DNA of 64,000 bases, taken from NCBI RefSeq assembly GCF_023055435.1, contig NW_025964001.1, positions 21,018,001 through 21,082,000 on the forward strand. Direction: 5' to 3'. The notes beneath the pieces are model-generated. The model was not told where the DNA came from, made no database searches, and was given only the letters and a program-made list of their open reading frames with translations. The translations under genes were made by a program, and so were the position numbers. Shown here piece by piece: positions 26,602 through 39,019 of the stretch. Source of the stretch: Haliotis rufescens (Eukaryota). The number at the start of each line of letters is the position of its first letter. The stretch's first letter is position 1.

Positions 26602-26864
26602 TGTATTTGTTTGTTGTTTAACGCCGCACTCAGCAATGTTCCAGCTTTATGACGGCGGTCTGTAAACAATCGAGTCTAAACCAGACAACCCAGTGATTGA
26701 CATCATGAGCATCGATCCACGCAATTTGGATCGATGACATGCATCAACCAAGTCAGCGAGCCTGACCAGCCGATCCCGTTAGTGACCTTTTACAATAAGC
26801 ATAGTCGTCATTTACGGCAAGCATGGTTGCTGAAGACCTATTCTACCCCGAATCTTCACGGGTC
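26602..26864 (-). mobile_element. Family C retroposon, full length, 13-bp TSD
   Basis: TSD AGATGTGATAATG at 26589-26601 and 26865-26877; 5' end GACCCGTGAAGA; (CAAA)n tail. Confidence 0.95.
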
Positions 26865-28828
26865 AGATGTGATAATGAAGGCTATGTTGATTCATTAGGA
26901 AGAAGATCAGTTTATGTTAGTGTCACATTCTGGTATACGCGTTAAACAGAGTTTGATGCCATGAAATGCATTAAATTAATTAAAATAACACTGAATACAA
27001 AACACATATGAAAAATATATTACACAGTAGAGTACCAACGATACCAGCCCACGGCATACCATTCTGCACACACAGCAAATTGTACACAATGTAACATAAT
27101 GTCCAGCTATATATAACGTATGGCCCAATATACAACAAGTACCATACATACATGTATGTTATAGAGGTCATGTATCGTGGATATATATATGGAACAACAA
27201 ACAATATGGTGTCACACATGTGGAATATATGATCAATTCGTCAATTTACCTACCAACAAATCAAACAGCGTGACTTTATTACATACCTCAGTCACTGAGC
27301 AATAACATGTAGCCTCACGCTAGTGATATATGCATCTCCTTTAAATTGTATATTATTACCTCCTGTTTCATTTATAACAATAATTATTAAATATATCCTG
27401 ATCATTCATAAATTTACTTGATTTAGGAGAGGCGTGCATACTTTGTTTATATTGTCTATTTCTCCGATGTGTTGTATTTACTTATTTATCATTGGTATAT
27501 GCAAAATAAAATAAATCAAGCATACCCTATTGTGTTGACAGATACGCATGAACAGCAGTCTGTCCTTGCTGTTTTAGTCACGCATGCAACACGTGTATAT
27601 TCGCCAGGCTACTGACCTGTTCATAACCGTGTCTGTGTCACACGATTGGGATCAAGTCAAACAGCGGCAACAACAAAGCCAAATATCAACATCTACAATT
27701 CTTTGGCAATGAGAAGGGTAACGTGAAATACATAGATAGTGTTACTAACGTTTTGTGATACATACTTAATTGAAACAAATATGATTGATTGGAAAAATAA
27801 GTTTCTTTGTGAAATATGTTTCGTAAAAAATATTATTTAACACAAATTCTCACAAACAGTGAAATATCAATTACTACGGGATTTGACATGCAATTAAAAG
27901 CAGTCACCCGGTATATTATAAATACTTTAGTCAAATTCGGAATCTATATATAGCAATACCTTACCCTTGCATAATGTATTGTATGTGTAATTTATAAAAT
28001 TAACCGGTGTCTGCAAAGCCAGCATATAACAAAGTGACCCAGCTCTTTCGAGCATAGTGTTACACACACCCATACAGTGGAATGCAAAATGTTTCCGGTG
28101 CGATTTTTTTTTTATGTATATACATTAAAATTGATAGATTAAAGTTCAGTTCAAATTCTAGAGTCAAGCGATGCGCTATGATCTGGTTAGTGGTAGCCTA
28201 CGATCATGATGTGATAGTGATAGGATTAACTGGGGTTATTATGAGACATTAAAGCCCGGAGGACTATCCCTCAATAGACATCCGGCTGGTATTGTATATG
28301 TGTGTACATGTCTATAGAGCAACTGAGCAATATATGCTGCTGTCAACCGTCGCCGCCCGTTCAGGTCATCGTGACCTAGCGCTGTTTTCCGGGACTTCTC
28401 AGTAGCAGGAAGTTGGACATATTCGACGATGTTAGCAAGTGAACGACACATTTGCAAAACGCTTGTCGGACTAAAAACAGATTAGTAGCTTTGGCCTAAC
28501 GTCTCGTTACCTTATTTAGGCTACACGTGACACAGTCACCGACATCTTGATCGCTTATGTTATTTATAGCAAATGGGTCTGCTTTATTTTAGAAGTTAAT
28601 GGTGATGAAGGCATGTGGTAATTAAATAGGGAATGTAATGAAAAGATTATAGAAGCTTGATTACCATACAACTTAAGAACGTAACTAGAAGATGTTCATA
28701 TGATTACATTGAATTATGTGTAGACAACATTTTACCAAACAAAATTATAACTTCTTTGAGTGGCATTTAGAAGTTGGAATGGTAACTAAGACAAAATTGT
28801 TATGGATGAGCAACTTCTTAATTACAAT

Positions 28829-28872
28829 TGGGCGACGTTTCGGTGTAGATTCTAACACCGTTATCAAGCAAA
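28829..28872 (-). ncRNA. Minimal type-I hammerhead-like ribozyme motif, probably a Penelope-like element remnant
   Basis: Minus strand reads GC-TTGATAA-CGGTGT[TAGAATCT]ACACCG-GAAA-CGTC-GC with the G shared: a variant CUGANGA box, a perfect stem II, GAAAC and a palindromic ACGT helix III with a GUC site. Stem I is degenerate. Confidence 0.6.
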
Positions 28873-29929
28873 TGATGTACAAACTAGGTATGAGCATGAT
28901 ATATATACATAACAATAGATAGATGTTTATATAACAGATAAGGTTGATGTACACTGATTGATATGTAGTTATGATAAACAAGTTTATACAAGAGATAGGG
29001 TTGATGTACAGTGATTGATGGGTATGGGGTATATCAATTATACACTGCCGGGCAAAAGAAAGAATACACCCATGTTTGATGGTGGCTCTAAATGAAACAA
29101 ACAAGAAACGTTTATTCGATGGTGATGTATTTGATACGGGACGGGTAACATAGTTATGTTTTGGACCATAGTTTGCAGTGTGTCGGCGATTGTTAGTAAC
29201 GTTTGTATAACGATTATAACATTTTGGTCTAATCCAATTTTCTAGGGTATATACTTCTGCCCGACATTTTAGCCTCATCCGGGTATTTAGTTCGTGCCTC
29301 CGTTATGTCTCATATTAGTGATCTGCACGAACAATAACGTTTTTTTACATCTCTCAGGAAGAAGTTTTATAAAAATAGTAATTATTGTCCAAATGAAAAA
29401 CACGCGTTGTGGAATTTACATGTTCCTCTCCAATATAACGTGCGTTTTGTGTACAACATGACAGATATAGAAAGAGGAAAAAGGAGTATAGCAGACAGCA
29501 CCACAGATGATAAACACAATTATATCATGTCATGTTGCATTGATATTACCTAGACTGACATTTAGTCCCAGAATTACGGTTATCCTATTAAAAAATATAT
29601 ATCCTTAAACGTCCAAATAAAATACAGATTGAGCCAAGAACAATGCTTGATTTCAGCTAGAGCTGCGGAAACCTAGATTTGCCACGTTATTCTTGCCTTG
29701 AGTTGGATTCTGTTTCAATTTATTCGCTAGGGTCTGGAAGACAGACCATGATATTACCTTGTTCTTGAATGGTGTAAAAGTCCTTTCACTGAAAGACTTA
29801 CCTTTGTCATGTTATCGGCCTTGTGCTCCACACAGATTTCTAATGTACACTGTATTTGATTTGAAAAATATGAATACAAAGTGTATGATGCATGTACTCA
29901 CTACAGTCTTTTCTTCAGGCTTACAGCTA

Positions 29930-30080
29930 TAGAATCTAACATTTTGTGTACACTATTCCTTATAATGATAACATATAGCAAAACACTTACAAATGGCAAA
30001 ACTTCTACTGGTCCTAATGATGCCTGAACTATTGGACAGTTTGGCAAGGACGATAGGACTTGTGCCAATTTCTATAGCTG
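29930..30080. mobile_element. Degenerate copy of the 12710-12866 MITE, inverted
   Basis: CCTTATAATGATAACATATAG...TTCTACTGGTCC...CTATTGGACAGTTTGGCAAGGACGATAGGACTTGTGCCAATTTCTA. Confidence 0.75.
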
Positions 30081-30949
30081 CATTATCTCGTGGATCTAAC
30101 TGTACGACTTGCACGTGTTCTGTTCCAAAATGCATGTGAAAATGTAAGAACAGATCTAATTCATTCCTTTAAAAATCAACAACAAAAAGTTACTGGTATG
30201 AATTTCATATTGTCTTAACAATTTTTTTGTTTCTAGAATTGGAAGCACAAAAAGATATTTCAGAAAGTGGGAAAAGTTTAGAACTGTTTAGAGCCTTTGT
30301 TTATTCTGCATGTATTAATATTTTGTATTTTACGTGATTGTGATGTCATACTTTCTGTACTGCGGACGGCAGGCAAATATGTTTCAATGAAATTGAACTC
30401 GTCATTACTCGTTTGTTTGTCTTAGACATTAGTTTTTCACAGATGATTTGCTTTTAATTAGATAGAAATATATTAATATTGGGTCAGAATCAAATTTACG
30501 ATTGGTTAGGTCCGTCTTTTATCTCTTAGGAGAATGTAAGTAAAGCATCTAAATGCACTTTAATACACACACGGACGAATTCACACCTGCCAAGCCGCAT
30601 TATAATGTAGTAGTAGTGTGAGTATCGTTCAATCTTTAAATTACCTTTATGTCAACACGATTCTCAGCGTTGTGTGAGTGAGTTATTTTTGTTTAACGCT
30701 GCTTTGACTAGTCGTTCAGTTATATAGCGGCGCGTCAGCTTGATGCGGGACATGACGCACGTTTAGACATTTACAAGTTTGTTGAAACTCACGAGCAAGA
30801 ATATGGTGCTGACTAACCTAGAAAAATAATTACGGTGAATCGAGGATCCAAAAGACGAAGATAGGTTTCCTTGCACACCGAAGGGACCTAACTCCGCACA
30901 TTTGCGGCGACTCATAGACTGGACCGCCCGTGCCACAAAATAGTTCATA

Positions 30950-31222
30950 TTTGTTTGTTTGTTTGTTTGATGTTTAACGCCGCACTCAGCAATATTCCAG
31001 CTATATGACGGCGGTCTGTAAATAATCGAGTCTGGAACAGACAATCCAGTGATTGACATCATGAGCATCGGTCCACGCAACTGGGATACGATGACATGCA
31101 TCAACCAAATCAGCGAGCCTGACCACCCGATCCCGTTAGTCGCCTCGTGCAACAAGCAAAATCGCCTTTTACGGCAAGCATGGGTTACTGAAGACCTATT
31201 CTACCTCGGATCTTCACGGGTC
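30950..31222 (-). mobile_element. Family C retroposon, full length, 11-bp TSD
   Basis: TSD AATAGTTCATA at 30939-30949 and 31224-31234. Confidence 0.95.
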
Positions 31223-31645
31223 TAATAGTTCATAAAGCGTGACATAAACATGTATGTGAAGCTGTGACGGTGGTAGATCCGATACGTTCAGTGAATAACA
31301 TACAGGCGAGATTTATTTACCATTTAACTGAAATGGTGCAAGCTCAAAAGCAACCCTTCATCACACGGTGGCCCAAAATGTCAGACCCTATCTAATCCCA
31401 CCACGATCGACACATGTTTCTACCAACGGAGTTAAACATAGATAAACAGGCGAACAAATCGGCAAGGTAGTACAAGACGGGTCGACGATAGGTATAGACT
31501 GGCAAAGTTTTAATTAGTTTATTTTTTAAATCCGACGCCGTATCACCGCGTTCTTTTTAACTATCATTAAGTGAATATTTATGAAAAATGAAAAGTTATT
31601 ATGAAAGGGAGTATTTTTCTTGACGTACTTAGGGGATGTGGGTAG

Positions 31646-31913
31646 TTTGTTTGGTTGTTTGTTGTTTAACGCCGCACTCAGCAATATTCCATCTATATGA
31701 CGGCGGTCTGTAAATAATCGAGTCTGGACCTGGCAACCCAGTGCTTGACATCATGAGCATCGATTCACGCAATTGTGAGTGATGACATGCATCAACCAAG
31801 TCAGCTAGCCTGACCACCTGATCCCGTTAGTCGCTTCTTACGACAAGCAAAGTCGCCTTTTGCGGCAAGCATGGGTTGCTGAAGACCTATTCTGTACCCG
31901 GATCTTCACAGGT
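31646..31913 (-). mobile_element. Family C retroposon, full length
   Basis: Colinear with 30950-31222; GGATGTGG on both flanks (probable TSD). Confidence 0.93.
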
Positions 31914-32072
31914 GGATGTGGAGTGTGGGTGTCTGAAGGTGTACTGTAGCACACCACAGCAGACAGCTCTTCACATGTTGCCACTCATGCATCTACTGGG
32001 TACTGCATCCCAATCTTGTGCCAATAACACGGAATGCAGACAGCTATTTATACCATTACCCAAGTGTACTCC

Positions 32073-34379
32073 TGATCAGGTAACATGATGAACCATTCTA
32101 CCCGGGCCACTAACGCCCTCCTCCCTTGTAGATCAGGTAACATGATGAACCATTCTACCCGGGCCACTAACGCGCTCCACCGTTGAAGGTCAGGTATCAC
32201 GATGAACCATTCTACCCGGGCCACTAACGCGCTCCACCCTTGAAGGTCAGGTATCACGATGAACCGTTCTACCCGGGCCACTAACGCGCTCCTCCCTTGT
32301 AGATCAGGTAACATGATGAACCATTCTACCCGGGCCATTAACGCCCTCCTCCCTTGATGATCAGGAATCATGATGAACCATTCTACCCGGGCCATTAACG
32401 CCCTCCTCCCTTGAAGATCAGGTAACATGATGAACCATTCTACCCGGGCCACTAACGCCCTCCACCCTTGTAGATCAGGTAACATGATGAACCATTCTAC
32501 CCGGGCCACTAACGCCCTCCTCCCTTGTAGATCAGGTAACATGATGAACCATTCTACCCGGGCCACTAACGCCCTCCTCCCTTGTAGATCAGGTAACATG
32601 ATGAACCATTCTACCCGGGCCACTAACGCCCTCCTCCCTTGATGATCAGGTCACATGATGAACCATTCTACCCGGGCCACTAACGCCCTCCACCCTTGTA
32701 GATCAGGTAACATGATGAACCATTCTACCCGGGCCACTAACGCCCTCCTCCCTTGAATGTCAGGTATCACGATAAACCATTCTACCCGGGCCACTAACGC
32801 CCTCCACCCTTGATGATCAGGTAACATGATGAACCATTCTACCCGGGCCATTAACGCCCTCCTCCCTTGAATGTCAGGTATCACGATGAACCATTCTACC
32901 CGGGCCACTAACGCCCTCCTCCCTTGAATGTCAGGTATCACGATGAACCATTCTACCCGGGCCACTAACGCCCTCCACCCTTGATGATCAGGTAACATGA
33001 TGAACCATTCTACCCGGGCCATTAACGCCCTCCTCCCTTGTAGATCAGGTAACATGATGAACCATTCTACCCGGGCCACTAACGCCCTCCTCCCTTGTAG
33101 ATCAGGTAAAATGATGAACCACTCTACCCGGGCCACTAACGCCCTCCTCCCTTGAAGACCAGGTAACATGATGAACCATTCTACCCGGGCCACTAACGCC
33201 CTCCACCCTTGTAGATCAGGTAACATGATGAACCATTCTACCCGGGCCACTAACGCCCTCCACCCTTGAAGGTCAGGTATCATGATGAACCACTCTACCC
33301 GGGCCACTAACGCCCTCCATCCTTGATGATCAGGTAACATGATGAACCACTCTACCCGGGCCACTAACGCCCTCCTCCCTTGAAGATCAGGTAACATGAT
33401 GAACCATTCTACCCGGGCCATTAACGCCCTCCATCCTTGATGATCAGGTAACATGATGAACCATTCTACCCTGGCCACTAACGCCCTCCTCCCTTGAAGA
33501 TCAGGTAACATGATGAACCATTCTACCCGGGCCACTAACGCCCTCCATCCTTGATGATCAGGTATCACGATGAACCATTCTACCCGGGGCACTAACGCCC
33601 TCCTCCCTTGAAGATCAGGTAACATGATGAACCATTCTACCCGGGCCACTAACGCCCTCCTCCCTTGAAGATCAGGTAACATGATGAACCACTCTACCCG
33701 GGCCACTAACGCCCTCCTCCCTTGAAGACCAGGTAACATGATGAACCATTCTACCCGGGGCACTAACGCCCTTCTCCCTTGTAGATCAGGTATCATGATG
33801 AACCATTCTACCCGGGCCACTAACGCCCTCCTCCCTTGTAGATCAGGTAACATGATGAACCATTCTACCCGGGCCACTAACGCCCTCCTCCCTTGTAGAT
33901 CAGGTAACATGATGAACCACTCTACCCGGGCCACTAACGCCCTCCTCCCTTGTAGATCAGGTAACATGATGAACCATTCTACCCGGGCCACTAACGCCCT
34001 CCTCCCTTGTAGATCAGGTAACATGATGAACCACTCTACCCGGGCCACTAACGCCCTCCTCCCTTGAAGACCAGGTAACATGATGAACCATTCTACCCGG
34101 GCCACTAACGCCCTCCTCCCTTGATGATCAGGTAACATGATGAACCATTCTACCCGGGCCACTAACGCCCTCCACCCTTGATGATCAGGTAACATGATGA
34201 ACCACTCTACCCGGGCCACTAACGCCCTCCACCCTTGAAGACCAGGTAACATGATGAACCATTCTACCCGGGCCACTAACGCGCTCCTCCCTTGAAGATC
34301 AGGTAACATGATGAACCACTCTACCCGGGGCACTAACGCCCTCCACCCTTCAAGATCAGGTAACATGATGAACCATTCA
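32073..34379. repeat. 57-bp satellite array, ~40 copies
   Basis: Unit GATCAGGTAACATGATGAACCATTCTACCCGGGCCACTAACGCCCTCCTCCCTTGTA; no indels seen. Confidence 0.98.
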
Positions 34380-35076
34380 GTGTCTCGCCAGTAATACGGC
34401 GAGTTTGAAAAAAAACCAGTTTGTAGGATTCTCCAGAGTCTTAGTGTAAATTAATTTAATATACGAACTTCGATGACACGACTATGACATTGAAATCTAA
34501 ATACAGTTATATGAGGCTGTAGTTACCACTCACTCAAACATTGAATATTTTTAGTTTCTCAAAAAGGACAAAATAAATGAAAACAGGTTCACATTAATGC
34601 CAAGCATATTTCACCTCTATCCCATTCTACTGGTGCAGACTGAAAGGGGTAAAACACTTGACATGTACTCTTAAAACAAAATAGGGGATATAACTTAACA
34701 TTTCCAAAAGTGTAAGGGATACCAGATTCTAGGCATAGTTGTATGATGATAATGAACGAATTGGGAACACATAACAACCGGAAGTGAAGTATGACAGTAG
34801 ATGTTGTGACCGAATGTTCTGATTCTTGGAATTAACATTTATATTTCATGACCCCTTACCTTTTTCAAGAGTATACTTGCTCTGCGCTACAGTTAAAAAA
34901 GAGAATTATTTTAGCAGCGTGAAATTAGATCTATAAGAGCATGCAAATTAAAGATAATGCTTTTTCTAAAACTCTCAGTGAAAGCCAGAAGGTACTTTCA
35001 TATACTTTGTAATAAGACTTTGTGATGAAAGTATTGAATATGGATAGATTTTGATTGATGGTATCAACTGTAAGCC

Positions 35077-35078
<2 letters not shown>

Positions 35079-35129
<51 letters not shown>
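35079..35129. repeat. (GA)n microsatellite
   Basis: About 25 GA units. Confidence 0.98.
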
Positions 35130-35131
<2 letters not shown>

Positions 35132-35814
35132 GCTTATTTAACTGAATTGTTACCCGAGTTATTGCTCATGTTCCTATCCCTGTCAACTAGACGTTTATTT
35201 TTCTATTATTAGAACTTATAACATGATCAAGTACAAACGTAAGGCACAAAATGTATATTGAGCATATCTGTGACACAGGTTGAACTTTTCACATGGTAGA
35301 ACCATCTTTACCTTTATCTATACTAATACCAGCTCGGATCATAGACTGAAATATTAGAATTGCATTTCCCGAAGCCCCCAAATCAGAGTTCTGACACGTT
35401 TACCTTAATTCTGCATCAGTTTTGTCATAGATGACAAATTTGGAAATATAACAAACAACATATGTACACTTGTTTTAATTTTAATAATACATTTTTAAAG
35501 TTTTTAATGTTTTTTTCTTATTATAGTTATATTTAGTTGTTCAATGAGTAGAGACCAGCCCATGCATTGAAAATTAATATTATCACATGTTTTGATTTTT
35601 TTCAATTAAATTAAGCTATCTATGTTATAGTAAAATTCTCACGTGTTAAAGGGAATTTTTAGTCAAATATTTAAACTGGATGCAAACGGCCAAACGGTGA
35701 ATTTACTCCAACAATTTAACTTTGAATCCTTGCGAGGTAAAGGGTCAATAAAAATATGTAAAAAAAAACACCAACCAGTTTGTGTGCTTTATCATTACAT
35801 CGTAATATTTTAAT

Positions 35815-37039
35815 TACGTGACGAAAGAAAAACGATGGCGGCAAAATAACGTGTCACCGTGAGGAGCACCCCCAAAAATCAATTCTTAGGTTAAACTGTA
35901 AGCTTTGGGACAATGACAGGTGCGCTGAAAGCTGGGTTGCCGTTACGTGTTTTGCTCGCCCACAATGCTGAGTGCGATTTACGGTACACTCAGGCTGTCG
36001 GTCCGGCCTACAAATAACTGACCCAGTTTTTCCACAGACATACACTCTATGCAACAGTCTCGTCGCCGGGAAACAGCCGTTACGGTCCGTTACGCATCAA
36101 TTACGTAACATGACATGGCACAGGCGACCTCGCGCGACCGCAGCAAGCGTAACACACGCCCCTCAGAGAATGACCCGAAGTGAACTTTAAAGATCTGCTT
36201 TTACCCTGGAGCTTGAATTTCAGTGATGAACATTCGTCGTTGTAGATAACACATGCATTGTACCCATAGCCTGTTTAAATTGACATTCGAAAAGGAGTTT
36301 TCATAAAATTGCAATAAAACTGTTAAAGTGACTTTAGAAGACAAAACTTGACGTTGTTTCCTGGATGTGGATAATTGTCACCTAACACATTCTCGTCACC
36401 GTAAACAAATAATTTTCGGTAAAAAGTTACATTAGCAATACTGTAGTCCACTTCCTCGTCTCTTAAGGCAGTGATGTAACACGTGATTCAAGATAGGGTC
36501 GTGATAGTGGCTACCCTACATTTTCCGTGTCCTCGGGTTCGCAATCTGGAAAAGTACTTGTAATGACACGATAAACCTAAACGTGATTTCGTCACCACCA
36601 ATTATCTACACTGGCAGATTTCTTGTCTATTTCGAATCTGGTGAAGGATTAATTATTAATAGGAAGTTATCCAATAGTGCAGCTTTAAATCAAGCTCTTC
36701 TCCAATCGAAACTGGTCGGTATCGCAACGTCTGTTCGCTTCGCTGCATGACATCGGTTGTGCGATGCGGACAGATTGTTTTGATCTGTTTTTGCCTTGAT
36801 TGACCCCCCCAGGAACTGTCAGTGCCTTGGTCGATGGCGTGGGACCCCACGGAATCGTGTGGCACCCCCGGGAGTAGAGTTGGTGCCCACTGATGTCCTC
36901 TAAGACCGAGAAAGGGGACGGGTAAGATCGCGACTCGCCTTCATCTTGCCATATCACTGCGTCGCTTTTGACAGTAGTGTCGGGAGGACACGCATGACAA
37001 GCCCCTTAGACTTGTGTCCCTCTGGTAACAGTAAAATTT
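35815..37039 (+). promoter_or_regulatory. CpG-rich putative promoter and 5' UTR
   Basis: Repeat-free and CpG-dense. CCAAT at 36598, 36671 and 36702; ETS-like CACTTCCT near 36449; GATGGCGGC near 35834. Lies upstream of a GTAAGT donor at 37120. Confidence 0.5.
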
Positions 37040-37119
37040 ATGGTATATTGCAGGCACAGGGACACAGACATTGATCAGGGGGAGGGCATGTCCGTGGTCC
37101 ATGATCGCGTCCATACACG
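37040..37119 (+). CDS. Candidate first coding exon (MVYCRHRDTDIDQGEGMSVVHDRVHT-R), unknown gene
   Basis: ATG at 37040 after an in-frame TAG at 37007; second in-frame ATG at 37088; consensus donor ACG|GTAAGT, phase 2. Confidence 0.45.
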
Positions 37120-38150
37120 GTAAGTTTGTTTACACTAACCCACTCACACTAAAGCGCGCCATTTTTGGGATTCCGGTAAACGCATGCTCCTTCCTTCCCA
37201 CGTGGGACGTGAAGCACGCGAGGTGTACGCGACACCAGTGCTTAATTACCGGCTCCCTGCTTGTTATGTAACCGAACGATACAAAGTGGTACAAAGTGGA
37301 ACGAGACACGCCATTACCCCCACCATGTGTAGCTTGACATACTGAACTAACACAATGTTAAACTAATGATGACCTATAAACAAATTGCTGGAGATGTGAC
37401 GTAATAATCAACAATAAACAACAATCACCCTTTCAGATGTGTGCAGTTATTATATAGTCACCTTAATAAAACATTCTTCGAAGACAATAATGTTGACAAT
37501 AAGAAAATGACTGTGATGTAATAGCGATGTGTACATATTGTATTACATAATGATACACTCACTGACAGCACGTGCATGGGGGTTAGAGGTAACAAGTAAT
37601 TATGAAACATAAGGATATGATATTGATTTTATCTCCCACATACATGATACTGACTATTATAAACATCTGGTGTTTATTTAGTTGTATATATATAAATATC
37701 ATTTACAGTATTGAATGTGAAATGTAAGTACAGTTCATGAAAATGATCATTTCTTATAGTAATGGAGAATAAAATATTATGTTTGAAAATAAATTTAAAA
37801 AATTGAATTTCATTAATATATGTGATGTTTGAATGTATCAGTAAATGAAGAAAATCAGATAAGAGCAATTTAATTTGAAATTCAATTACTATGTGTTTTA
37901 AACTTGTTTTATTAAACATATAAACTGAAGATATAAGCTATGGTGTGTTTCACAGTATCATGAGTAATGTTTCTTTTAGTATATCTTTATCGCTTATCAC
38001 ACATACAGATGTCATATGATACAGAATCAATGATAATGATATGGAATTGTGATAGTGGACTAGTTTGCTCCTTTGTTGTGTTGATGTGGGAAAACTATGT
38101 CATAATGGCTTGTCGCATATCACTGAAGAAAATTTAAGTGTATAAGGGAA

Positions 38151-38292
38151 GGGTGGGGTAGCCTTGTGGTTAAAGTGTTCGTTTATCACACTGAAGGCCT
38201 GTGATTTCTCAAATGGGTCCAGTGTGTGAATCCCAATGTGATATTGCAGGAATATTGCTGAAAGTGGCCTAAAACCATACTCACTCACTCAC
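38151..38292 (+). mobile_element. Family A tRNA-derived SINE, degenerate
   Basis: GGGTAGCCTTGTGGTTAAAG head; GATATTGCAGGAATATTGCTGAAAGTGGC tail plus (ACTC)n. Confidence 0.85.
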
Positions 38293-38865
38293 TTATTCAC
38301 ACAGTAAGTTCATAATTCCTTTGAAATATGTTACAACCAAGGATAAATTTAAACAAGCCTGCAATCACTTATGGTTTGGGACCATGGATAATGTTTTGAA
38401 AAAACAAGGGGAGCCTGGAGGTCCTTTAAAATGATACCTTATAACATTTGATTATGCCAAGGACCCCTCGATGTTGTGGTTATTTTTCGCACACTGTTTT
38501 GTATTTAATATTTAAGTGGAAAAAGACAAATTGTTCATCTCATGCACATACCGGTATGTGAGGTATATAAGAGACTGTAATTACAACCAGATACATTCTG
38601 TTATTACATATTAAAAACTCAGGGATTTACCGGATGCAAAATACTGCATAATGTACACATAAAAACTGAAAATGGACATAAAACAAATACTGGGACACAG
38701 AAAATATGTTTGAGAATGAATGCTGCTATTTTATCATTTAGTTCCACTTAAAATTTATTTCCGTACGGAAACTTGAAAAAGACAATACACAGTGGAACGC
38801 ATCACAATCTTCTAGCTCTAGCTTCGCTTCAGTTGGGGAACTTGTATCTGTTTTTAAATAGCAGC

Positions 38866-39019
38866 TGGGGTAGTCTAGTGGTTAAAGCGTTTGCTCGTCA
38901 CGCAGAAGACCCAGGTTCAATTCCCCACATGGGTACAATGTGTGAAGCCCAGTTCTGGTGGTCCCGGCCATGATATTGCTGGAATATTGCTAAAAGCGGT
39001 GTAAAACCAAACCTCACTC
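38866..39019 (+). mobile_element. Family A tRNA-derived SINE with 10-bp TSD
   Basis: TSD AAATAGCAGC at 38856-38865 and 39020-39029; A and B boxes present. Confidence 0.93.

Noticed and set aside
26820-26864. Canonical HDV-like or pistol ribozyme in the family C head
   Set aside because: I could not place the HDV P1/P1.1/P3/L3/P4 elements; the pistol-like P1 plus pseudoknot lacks P2/P3 and the cleavage-site context. Kept only as an unclassified pseudoknot.
28745-29278. 177-aa ORF as a Penelope protein fragment
   Set aside because: Low-complexity I/Y/N-rich translation of AT-rich repeats, with no RT or GIY-YIG motifs.
32651-34366. 571-aa ORF as a real protein-coding gene
   Set aside because: It is the translation of a 57-bp satellite, with no unique domains, splice signals or sign of codon constraint.
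36888-36925. Hammerhead at CTGATGT...GAAA
   Set aside because: The core deviates from CUGANGA, and stems I and III cannot be formed.
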